From Thelocarpon superellum (Eukaryota), in NCBI GenBank assembly GCA_026025795.1, contig JAPEUG010000025.1:1-64000 (forward strand): 64,000 bases of DNA. The letters run 5' to 3'. The translations under genes were made by a program, and so were the position numbers. Every line of letters starts with the position of its first letter. Within the stretch, counting starts at the first letter, position 1. Positions 25,174 to 35,018 of the stretch are shown here, piece after piece. The notes under the pieces are model-generated. The model saw nothing but the letters and a program-made list of their open reading frames with translations. It ran no database searches and was not told the origin of the DNA.

Positions 25174-28015
25174 CTATGACGCGTTGGTCCCAATCTCCGT
25201 CCCAGTCTCGGTGGTTGGGGTGCCGTTTGTTCCTCCATTCGCGGATGATGCTGCCGTGGTCGTCATCGTCGTCGCTCCCGTCTTCTCCGCCGATGATGTT
25301 GTCTCGGGCCGGATACCATTCGCCTGTGGCGCTTGAGAGAGGGTGGAGGCCATAGGCGCTTGTGTGGAAGGAGGTAGAGGCAAAGGCGGAGGCGGAGGCG
25401 TGGCACCCGCGGCGTGAGCCGCAGCGGCACGAGTCTGGGCGGCGTTGGCGGCAATCTGTGCGCGCTGGCGTTCCATCATCGACGCCTGCTGCTCGGCCGT
25501 CATGTAGGTGTGGAAGCCGCTGGCGCCGATGCTGGACGCCGGCGCGACTGGCGCCGGGTTGGCGCCGGGCGTCTGGAAATAGCCGCGCGACGACGGCTGT
25601 GGCGTCGGCGGATATACAGGTGCATGTGCATGTTCGCCGCCTTTCTGGGGCGACTTCGACCGCCCGCCGCCGAGCGCGTTGGCGTTGTAGGGTGCCGCTT
25701 GTTTACGTTGCGCGTTCTGCTGGTATGCGGGCTGGCTAGGCCGCTGGTACGGGGTGTTGGATCCAGGAGGAACTTGGTTGGGCGGATAAGCCGGCTGCTG
25801 ATAATACTGACCAGGAGTGCCAGGTCCATATGGACCTTGTGCCGGGCGTCCTGGTTGCCCATACGGTGATGGGTACCCGACTGCTCCCGCTGGAGGTCGC
25901 GGCCCTTGATATTGCGAGGACATGCGGCCTGGTGTGCGTCCGGGCGAGGGTTGGGGCGCGTAGTACTGTCCGGTCGGTGGCGCTCCCGACCGGTTGTTCG
26001 ACATCTGGGGTGCGTACGCCCCGCGTCCGTTGGGTGGGGTCCCGTATGGTCCCGTGGAGCCGCTGGAACGGCTCGGCGGTCCCACGGCGGCGTGATACGC
26101 ACCGGATCGGGTACGCGGCGCCAACTCCTCTTCCTCCATCACGCCGCGGTAGTCGGCGCCCTCCAACGTGATGATGGGCGTGATGTTGAGCGCGGCCAGC
26201 TGGTCTCCATCCAACTTGGCAACAGCGTAGGGAGGAAGGGTAGAGATCAGCAGCGAGAGTTGTGACTTGAGCATCTGGTAGGTCTCGAGTTCCGCCACAG
26301 AAGGCGTCGACGGGCTGCCGGTGAGGGAAGCCACCGTGGCATTCGGCCCGATGGCTGGGCGAGCGGTCGCCGGCGTCAGGGACAGATGACGGATGCGTTG
26401 GTAGGAGTTTACGGTCTCGAGGAGATCCGACACGTCCTTCAGAATCTCGCTCACTTCCTTCTCCGTCTGACTCTCTTCCGTCGTCGTGGCAGAAGCCGTC
26501 TTGCCCGGGGCTGGAGGCTCGTCCGGTCGCCACGACTCGATAGCGTCCTCGGTGATGTCGTCTTCCATCGCCTGATCGTGCACTTCCTCCACCCGCGGGA
26601 GCTCATGATCCGAAGACGCGGGAGGTACGTCTCGACCCAGCCATCGCTCGAAGCGCTTCGACCCCACACGGTCCCACCACACCTCACTCTTCACCACATC
26701 CGGCACGATGGCGGCCGAGTTGTCTCGACTCGGCGCAAAGGCGGAGTAGGCTCGTCGGAACATGGCCTCTTCCCGCGAGTGTTTCGCCACCACCTCTGTC
26801 TCGGGCGTCGCCACGGGTCTGGCCTCGGTCACGCTCAACGCTCGCTCCCGCTGCTGTCGCCGCGCGTCCGAGGACGTTGGGTCAGACGCCGAGCCGGGAA
26901 CGTTGTAGCTGAGCCACCTCGCAGTCGTGAGTGGTTGCGTTGTGTAGGTGCCCCGCCGGTTGCTGCGCGATGCGGAATCAAGATCCGTCGACTTGAGCCA
27001 TCCGACCGTCGCGCCACGGGTGGTGCTATGTTTGGACTGCTTCGGCGGCATCAGTTGCGCCAACGCCGCCGGGGGAGGGAAGAGATCGCCCAGCGTCAGC
27101 GCGGGCTTCTTGACGCCGTCGTTCGCCGCAGGCACGGAGACAATCTTCGTGGTCGAGATGCCGTTGGGCAAGCCAGCTTCTCGCAGCGGCGTCAGGACCC
27201 GCTTCGTCCCCGCCTGCGACGGCGCTCCTGCGACCGACACTGGCTTTTGCACGCTGGAGAAGAGCTGCCGGGGCTGTGGCGCACTCCCGTAGAGGGTCAA
27301 GGCGACCCGGTAGCTTGGCGACTCGCCGACCACGGCCAGATTCGCCGCCCCATCGGCCACTCCGTTCTCGACCTCTTCCGTGGCATGGTCCATCGGCTCT
27401 GGCTTGGAATGGGTCTCACTCGCCCCAGCGAGCGGGTCGGCCAGGACGGTCTTGACGAGCATGTCCTTGAAGGCCAGCACCTTCCCGATCGTCAAGCTCG
27501 CGGTGGTGGCAGACGGGTCAGTGGCCGGAGTGGCCTCCAACGCAACCACGACACCTGCACAGGCCTGGCTCACGTCGGCCATGACCTCGCTCAATTTTGT
27601 GTAGCTCCCTGCCGCGACGTTGGACGCGATCGTGGGGGGCGGGTTGGCAGCGGCCGCCGACGTCTTGATCCGTTTGCCATTGGGCTCCTTGGGTGATTCC
27701 GTCGCCGGGACAAGGGGGTGATTCAGGATCGAGGGCTCGGGATCATGTCTGATCGTCGATCCGTTAGCACCATCATCTCTGCGAACGGGCACGCAAATAC
27801 TGGTGGAGGACCCCGAACCTTTTGATGATTTGCAGGAGGTCAGTGAAGAATGAGGGCCGCCGGGCTCCCGGGGCTAATGGTGCGGTCGACGTGCCATTCT
27901 CCTCGACGCCGTTGACTCGCGTCGCCTCGTGACTGTCTCGTCGTTTTCGCTTGCCCGGCGATGCAAAGGCTGTGACGGTGCCGGGGGCCGTTGGGGTAGT
28001 CAAGACACCGTTCAT
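25174..28015 (-). CDS. Probable nuclear protein, likely Rsc58/BRD7-like RSC subunit, with P/Q/Y/G-rich C-terminus; 2 exons
   Basis: NLS-like GKRKRR; motifs WLSYN...AYSAFAPSRDNS and ILKDVSDLLETVNSYQRIR...PSVAELETYQMLKSQL. Intron 27749-27818 has a GCTAAC branch point. Confidence 0.7.
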
Positions 28016-28700
28016 CTTTCACGTTCGGGCGTACCCCGGGTTCCGGAGCACACCCGTCAGGTGACAAGGAGGCGGAGCGGGTCTGGAACGAGGGCGATCA
28101 GTACCGATGGCCACGGTCAAGCCGTTGTCACGCGCGAGGCAGTCGTGCTGGGCCAGAGGGCATACCGTGTGGACCTCGTCTCGCTGAAGACCGCGCACTC
28201 GCGTAGGGAGAGAAGCGACGCGACGTTGAATTCCGGGTCCAGAGACTTGCAAGAAGTTCAACCCTCCTGCCTCCCGGGCTGTCCCGGTGCCTGTCGTTCG
28301 ACGATGGTAGCCAGGAAGGCGTTGTGTCCAGTGCTCGACCACGACCGGGGGCTCGCAAGCAAGGGCACTCGTGTGGCGCGACGGGGGATCGCGACGCAAG
28401 GTTTGGCCGATCGGCACGAAGCTGGTGTGAAGCGACGTCGCTGGACCACGACGTGATCCAACGGCGATGACCGGTTTGGACCGACAGACGGCACCACGAT
28501 CGTCCGCGCCTTCGGCGGGGAGGTCCAGGAGGAGTACCGGAGATGAGGGGATGGGACGAGAGGGAGAGCCTAGAGGGATGGGCTGCAGAGGGAATAACAA
28601 TGTGCATCACCCGCACACCTGGCCGTCTGCCCGTCGCTCTTCTCCCTCTGGCTCGTCCCTGTCCATTCACGCTAAACCCGATCTGAGTCCGGCCCAACTC

Positions 28701-28710
28701 ATCACGTGAC
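28701..28710. promoter_or_regulatory. ATCACGTGAC Cbf1/bHLH-type site in a divergent promoter
   Basis: RTCACGTG match about 100 nt upstream of ATG 28812; a similar site at 18457-18465 lies upstream of GMH1. Confidence 0.4.
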
Positions 28711-28811
28711 GGGAGACTGCACGGCGCGCCACTCAACCAGCGTGAAAGCCGGCAGGAGATCAACGCCAACAAAGCTCAGCGATGGCCCGCGGAAGGTTTC
28801 CATCCAAATGA

Positions 28812-31800
28812 ATGCTGCCTCCTCTCGCGCGGGCGGTATCAGGTCAGCTACCTCATGTAACGACGACGGCCGCCTTCCGCACTAGGCCCCTCTCGGCCGC
28901 GTCGATCTTCAACCGGCCAGGCTCCAGCTGGAGCCAGCGCCGGCGGTGGATCCCTTCACGGACCCGCCCAGCATGTCGGAGCATCGGATCAAGTCCCCAG
29001 GTATACGTGGGGAATGGGGAGGATGGGAGGTCCCTATCGGCCTCTCGTCCCGTGACCATCGTGCACAATTGCATTTCGACTCCCCGTGAGCACGGTCCGC
29101 CTTCCAGGTCGACCGTGGACAGGAAGAAAGCCTGGCGGGGGCAGAGCATCCCCTCGACAGGGCCGGCACCGTCGGAAGAGTTGACCGAGGCGCTCCGTCA
29201 TGTCAACGCCCACGACGCCATCCCCCCTCATCCGAGCAAGAAGAGTCTTTCCTATGCTCGTCCATCGTCTCACCATCAGAGATCCCCTTCGCTCGATCAA
29301 TGGCCCCTGACGGTCGAGCCAACGGGCCCGGCCGCGTGGACGGCGTCTTTGCCCGGCATCGTCGCTGCCCATCTACGACATGTCCAACCGGCCCTCTCCT
29401 GCCATCCCGACCGTGCGCCGAGAGACTCTGATGTAGAGGCGGCATTGCGAAAAGCCTACCCACCTACTGCGCTCCGCTATCTCCACGCTCGGGGCTACGA
29501 TGAAGCGGACGTCGTGACGTGGGCGTGGATCCTCACGGCCCCGACGGCAGAAGAAGCCACCCGCCGGCTTTGGTGGGTGGAGCATCGACGGCCAGTGGGC
29601 GGGGGTTCGCCAACTCCGCCGCCCGCCTTCCTTGCCCTCTTCCTCCTGCGGCGCCAACACGTCAGCGCGAGAAGCCTGCAGGCACTGATGGCTTTCGCCT
29701 GGGCCCGGATCTCAGGCGTCACGCCCACGCCGCCGCTCAGCGAGCCGACCATCATGACCCTGGTGGTGCGCCTCCTTCGCCACGCCCGCCGGGTCTGGCC
29801 GGAAGCCATTGTTAACATCGCGGCCATGATGTGCGCTGGCATCAATGGCCGCCCGTCGCCTCGCCGTGGGCGTGAGGTGGTGGTGGCGTCGCGGTTGACA
29901 GGCCTGTACAACCGGATGCTGTCCCTGCTCGCGGTCCCGGCTGCAGTCCATCCCTTCTTGACGGTGCCCTATCGTCAACGTGCGCAGTTCGATCTCATCC
30001 GACACATGGCGAGATTCCGTCCTCCTTTGAGCATCACCGCCGAGGGCTACCGCGCCGTCATCCGGGTGCAGGCGGCACATAAGAAGACACCGCGCGAGCG
30101 GCAGTGGACCACCCGCAAGGCGCGATCCTGGCCGCCCTGGCCCGAAAGCAAGCTCGGCATCGATGTCATCCGAGACGAAGATGGGTCTACGCGGACGGTG
30201 GAAGCCATCCAGCGCATGAACGAAGCCGGCTATGCCTCACCGGAGTGGGAGGCCGTCGCCCGCGTCATAGCGGGCTGGGATACGGACGGCAGCCCCACGG
30301 TGCAGACGAGAAGCATCCCCCCCCGAAGCATGGCCCCCACCGCCGTCCTCGCGCATCCTTCATCCGCAGTCACCACCATGAGGCACGAAGGCACCCGGGA
30401 CGAGCTGTGGGTCGCCCGGATTCGCGCCACTCGTACCGTGGACGAAGCGTGGGCGTGCTTTGCCAGATCATCGGAGCGTCATCGCCGCGCCTCGTCCGAC
30501 GTCTACCTGGCCATGTTCGAAAAAGTCGTCTACGAGGAGCTTCGCATCAAAGGCATCCGCAATCCGGGCGCACTCACCCCGACCCGGATGGAACAGATAG
30601 ACGGGCCCGTCCCAGGTGATGGAAGGGAAGTCCTTCCGAGCGCCGTATCGCCACAAGAAGCCGTCTACCTTCCCTCACCAGCGCCCAGCCTCATGGGATT
30701 GTTTGGACGCATGCTCCAAGAGCACGTTCAACCGTCCGACCGCTGTCTCGCGTTCATCGTCAGCCGCGCTGGCTCAGTCGAGGAGGGTCAGAGATTCCTG
30801 CACGATAGCCGACGCCTATCGGACCCGAGCTATCGCGCCCTCACTGACCAGGGGCCGACGCGCGATGAGCACGGCGAGTCCGTGGAGCAGAGTCTGGCGT
30901 GCATCCCAGATCGGATCTTCAGCGCGTATATCATCTTGCTTTGCCGCTTCGCGGTCCCAACCGCTCGCCGCCACGGGTCGAGCTCCGTGAGAGAGGTCTA
31001 CTGGCTCATGCGTCACCGAGCTCTACGATCCCGGCCCGCATGGAATGCGCTGTTCCGCGCCGTCACGCGACAACCGCGACACGAGAATGAGGACAGAGCG
31101 GCGCGGCTCCGTGGGGCGACGAGGTCGTGCGTGCGTCTGCAACGTGCGGTCCAGGACATGTACCGCACCGGGCTCGAGCTTGATACGGACGGATTCCACG
31201 TGCTCTGCCTCCAGCTCGAGCGAACCCTCTCGGTGCTGCGCGATACACCTCGGGCCGATCAGATGAGCCTCGAGGCACAAACGAGTGAACAGGTGTGGCA
31301 CGAGAGCCTTCCCTTTCTGCACCAGGCTTTTGCCTCCCTGGTCGGTCCGTGGACCCTCCCGGCTCCCGGCGTACCGGCGGTGACGGCGCCGGCGGATCTC
31401 TCGGGAGCGGCGGGGATCGCGATCGTCCCGCAGGGGCGCCCCGACCCGGCCCCGCAGCCCCCCATCCTCTTGGCGATGCCTGGGCCTACCACGCTCCACG
31501 TGTACGTGCGAGTGCTCGGGCTGGTCGGCGACATCGAGATGATGGAGAGGCTCGTGCAATGGATGGACCGTTTTGCCCCTGACCTGGCCATGCGGGTTGG
31601 TGAGGCCCACGGCGGGCCGCGCTGGTTCCGCGCCGTGCTCGTCGCCATCCGGTTCTTCTTGGAGACGGCGCCGGTTCACTCGGGTGTAGATGAGATCGCA
31701 CGCGGCGGTGCGCCCGACGACGACGCGGCGCAGCGGATCCGCCACCTCGTCGAACGACACGCCGAGTGGGGCGGCTGGCCGGATGATGACGAAATGGCCG

Positions 31801-31832
31801 TCTATGGCGAGTACGATGCGTCTGTAAGATAG
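28812..31832 (+). CDS. Uncharacterised, probably mitochondrial alpha-helical (PPR-like) protein, 1006 aa
   Basis: Long uninterrupted ORF; Arg/Ser-rich, acid-poor N-terminus; PPR-like segments (LYNRMLSLL, VYLAMFEK, AWNALFRA, TLHVYVRVLG). Confidence 0.65.
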   Translation: MLPPLARAVSGQLPHVTTTAAFRTRPLSAASIFNRPGSSWSQRRRWIPSRTRPACRSIGSSPQVYVGNGEDGRSLSASRPVTIVHNCISTPREHGPPSRSTVDRKKAWRGQSIPSTGPAPSEELTEALRHVNAHDAIPPHPSKKSLSYARPSSHHQRSPSLDQWPLTVEPTGPAAWTASLPGIVAAHLRHVQPALSCHPDRAPRDSDVEAALRKAYPPTALRYLHARGYDEADVVTWAWILTAPTAEEATRRLWWVEHRRPVGGGSPTPPPAFLALFLLRRQHVSARSLQALMAFAWARISGVTPTPPLSEPTIMTLVVRLLRHARRVWPEAIVNIAAMMCAGINGRPSPRRGREVVVASRLTGLYNRMLSLLAVPAAVHPFLTVPYRQRAQFDLIRHMARFRPPLSITAEGYRAVIRVQAAHKKTPRERQWTTRKARSWPPWPESKLGIDVIRDEDGSTRTVEAIQRMNEAGYASPEWEAVARVIAGWDTDGSPTVQTRSIPPRSMAPTAVLAHPSSAVTTMRHEGTRDELWVARIRATRTVDEAWACFARSSERHRRASSDVYLAMFEKVVYEELRIKGIRNPGALTPTRMEQIDGPVPGDGREVLPSAVSPQEAVYLPSPAPSLMGLFGRMLQEHVQPSDRCLAFIVSRAGSVEEGQRFLHDSRRLSDPSYRALTDQGPTRDEHGESVEQSLACIPDRIFSAYIILLCRFAVPTARRHGSSSVREVYWLMRHRALRSRPAWNALFRAVTRQPRHENEDRAARLRGATRSCVRLQRAVQDMYRTGLELDTDGFHVLCLQLERTLSVLRDTPRADQMSLEAQTSEQVWHESLPFLHQAFASLVGPWTLPAPGVPAVTAPADLSGAAGIAIVPQGRPDPAPQPPILLAMPGPTTLHVYVRVLGLVGDIEMMERLVQWMDRFAPDLAMRVGEAHGGPRWFRAVLVAIRFFLETAPVHSGVDEIARGGAPDDDAAQRIRHLVERHAEWGGWPDDDEMAVYGEYDASVR

Positions 31833-32115
31833 GACGACGAAGGTAGAGAGAGGCATGTATCATAGATTAGACCATGAGTACACAAAGGACTGTGCAGTAG
31901 CACCACCCAGTAGCGTGTGTGTGTTCCAGTCGTCGTCCGATTCCCGCTACGCGACGGCCGGAGGATTTTTCCGTCTCGTCGGCAAGAAGCGCGGTGGATG
32001 GTGGACGGAGGACGTTGGACGGCGGACGGTATTCCCGTTCTTACACGACCCTTGTGTATTGCCCCCTCCCCTCCTCTATCAGGTCTCTGCGGCGAGGGCG
32101 GGGTACGGCACTACC

Positions 32116-33104
32116 ATGCCTTCACTCTCGCCCTCCATCCCTCTGAATCTGGCGAGGTCCGTCGGCCGACGGTCCGGCTACGTCCGCCAAAGCTCGACGA
32201 CCGCGGCGCCGGCGTCCTTGATCAGCGTCACCAACATCCCCGCGCCGCACACCGGATCCATCCGCATTCTGTCCCTGAACCGTCCGGCGGCGCGCAATGC
32301 CATCTCGCGCCGGCTGCTGGCGGACTTGCGCCACGAGACGCTGGCACTGCAAGATGAGGGCCAGCGCGGGCAGATCCGCGCCATGGTGCTGACCAGTGAG
32401 ATCGATGCCTGTTTCTGCGCCGGCGCGGACCTGAAGGAACGCGCGGGCTTCACCGCGCAGGAGTGCGTCGTGCCCCCTTCCACCACCGCGCCCGTGTTCC
32501 TGAGCCATGCCGCTGACCACCGGGTGCGTACAGGACGTCAAGCTTCTTGGACGGCCTGCGCGATACCTTTACGCTACTCTCGCGCCTCCCCATGCCCACC
32601 ATCGCCGCCGTGTCGTCGCTCGCGCTGGGCGGCGGCCTCGAACTCGCGCTGACCACGCGCCTACGTGTGTTTGCCTCCACCGCGCAGGTGGGCCTGCCAG
32701 AAACGCGACTCGGCATCATCCCGGGCGCCGGAGGCACGTATCGCCTCCCGGCCGTGATCGGCCTCCAGCGGGCACGCGACCTCATCCTCACCGGGCGACG
32801 GGTGGCGGGGCCCGAGGCCTACTTCCTGGGCGTCTGCGACCGCTTGGTCGAGGTGCTGCCTGAGGATGAGGCCGTGCCCGGACGAGGGCGGGAGATGGTC
32901 TTGGCCGAGGCGGTAAGGCTGGCGCGCGAGATCTGTGACGGGGCCCCGCTGGCCATCCACGCGGCCATGGAGGCAGTCGAGGCCTGGCCGGGCTTGGAGC
33001 CGGTGGAAAATGCGGCGTATGCCAAGGTCGTGGGCACGAGAGACCGTGATGAGGCGCTCCAGGCGTTCAGGGAGAAGAGACGACCGATGTTTCAAGGCCG
33101 CTGA
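32116..33104 (+). CDS. Mitochondrial enoyl-CoA hydratase / methylglutaconyl-CoA hydratase (AUH-like, crotonase family); 2 exons
   Basis: LNRPAARNAIS, FCAGADLKER, ALGGGLELAL and GLPETRLGIIPGAGGT. Intron 32463-32533. Confidence 0.92.
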
Positions 33105-35018
33105 GGTGCCAACGTCATCTGCCATCGCGGCTTCTCTGCAGAAGGGCCTCTTCACCCCCACGCAACTCCTTCCTCGCTCCCCCCCCTGGTTCTCCCACGC
33201 TGCAGTCATCGATCGATGACCTCCAATTTGGGCGGCGGCGAGTAGATACCCTTAGGGCTGAATCTCCCAGGTCAGCCTTGCCGGGAGCTTGGCGTTTGCT
33301 CCGCCTTCCGTCGGAACTATTTCGGGAAGGCAGCAGCATTCCGAGCTGTAACAGTGGTGTGGGCGGCAAAGACAACGAGGTCCGCGCCGTAGACATTTGT
33401 CAAGCAAGATGAAAAAGGTTGCTGTCTGCCTTGACCATGCCGGCACTGGTCCGGATGACTCCTCGACACCGCCCGATGATGAGATAGATGCGAGCCGGAG
33501 ACTCGGGACGATTCTGGGGGCGCCATCCCTGGACAAACCCGCATCCTCGAGTCCCACAACGCTCGCCATGCCCTAGGACACGAGAGCCTGGAAGGACAAG
33601 TGTGCCAAGATCATGGCCGAGACCGGCAAGTGTTACGACGGTCGCTGGAAATCGGTGGGAGATGGCGAATTGAGCGCACCATGACGAGGAGTCACAAGCT
33701 CCAACATCGTTTGTTCCGTCCAAAACAGCTGCCTACGCGTCCTGGGTACGACCACGGTCGGCGTGCCTCTGTCACCACCGGCCTTTTCATGATGCGAGAT
33801 CGATGTCGTTGGGGAGCAAGTGACCGGACTCGTCGGCAAAGGGCATCCGCAAATGGAGAGGGGCGCGTCCGCAACGTGGGGGATGTTTGCTCATGGTCAC
33901 ATGGTCCACTCTGGGTGAGGATGGAAGTGACCGGTTCTTGCCGCGCACTCTCCACCGTCCCCACCGTAGAGCAGGTACGATACTCGTTTCGCTGGGATGT
34001 GACCTAACCTAACCGTGAGGTCTTACATTATGCGAGGTCAATTAGGTGAGTAACTAGTCACTTTGATCGCCCTGGGACCGGACCAGACCTCTAAAGTCGG
34101 TTCAGGTCGCCGCTCGCTCGCCTTGTCAGACGGGCCATGCTGGGGTCCGTCTCTCCCTCGCTACCGGCCCCCAGACAAGCGTGCATAGAAGCCTTCCGTG
34201 CGGCCAACCGGCGCCGCCAACCGAAGAGCCTAGAGTGACGAGCCCTGGGGCTGAGGCTGCGCGGCGGGCTTCAGCAACGCCGGCAATGAGTGAAGAGCCA
34301 TCCTTGGCCGGGCGGACGAGCCGATGATTTGCTGCAAGTCCGGTCGAGGATGAGTCGCCTCCGTCCAGTCCCTCGTGGACCTGTGTTACATGTCGGACGG
34401 ACCTAGGCAGGCGCAGTTGCTCCCCGTCGCCGACAATTCCCCGGTACCTCGACGCTCAACCGGCGCCCAGGTACGGGGCTCTAGGGCGTACCGGGACGAG
34501 TACTCCCATCGATGTTCGAAGCTCGAGGTCGCAAGCAGAGTTTGAGGCTCCGAGGGTTCGAGGGTTCCGCTTGACACTCTCGTGCCGGGGAGTGGCCGTG
34601 CCCTTCTGACGTCCCCCACCACGCTCCTGAAGAGGCATCGCCTACCCTCCACAGCTGACGCTCTCCCGGCCGCGCCAGTTCTCGTGACGCGACCAACCGG
34701 ACAGGCTCGGAGGAAAGAAGTGGTCCCCGGCGGATCCACCGGTCATCGAGGCCGACGCGGTGCTCGAGGCAGCCCATCCGCCGACATTGCGCACGCCCGC
34801 ACCCCGAGTGCCACCGGTTCACACCGACACTGACACCGGTGGCGTCAAGCCCGCGCCCTGTCCGTCCTCCCCATCCCGACCAGACCAGTACTTGTAGCCG
34901 TAGCTGTGCTTATATATGACTCTCCCTCCCATCCCTCCATCCGCCACCTACATATATATCTCCATGGGCCGCTGCGCCGTCGACGCCTTGCTTCCGCGTC
35001 GCGTTGCGCCCCCAAGCC

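Noticed and set aside
24684..25238. Poly-E/K/R/F/S ORFs
   Set aside because: Artefacts of the (GAA)17 repeat.
27779..27818. Apparent 40-nt intron suggested by the ORF track
   Set aside because: No branch point; the downstream acceptor at 27749 has GCTAAC and also keeps the frame.
34003..34014. CCTAACCTAACC telomere-like motif
   Set aside because: Only two imperfect units; consistent with chance.
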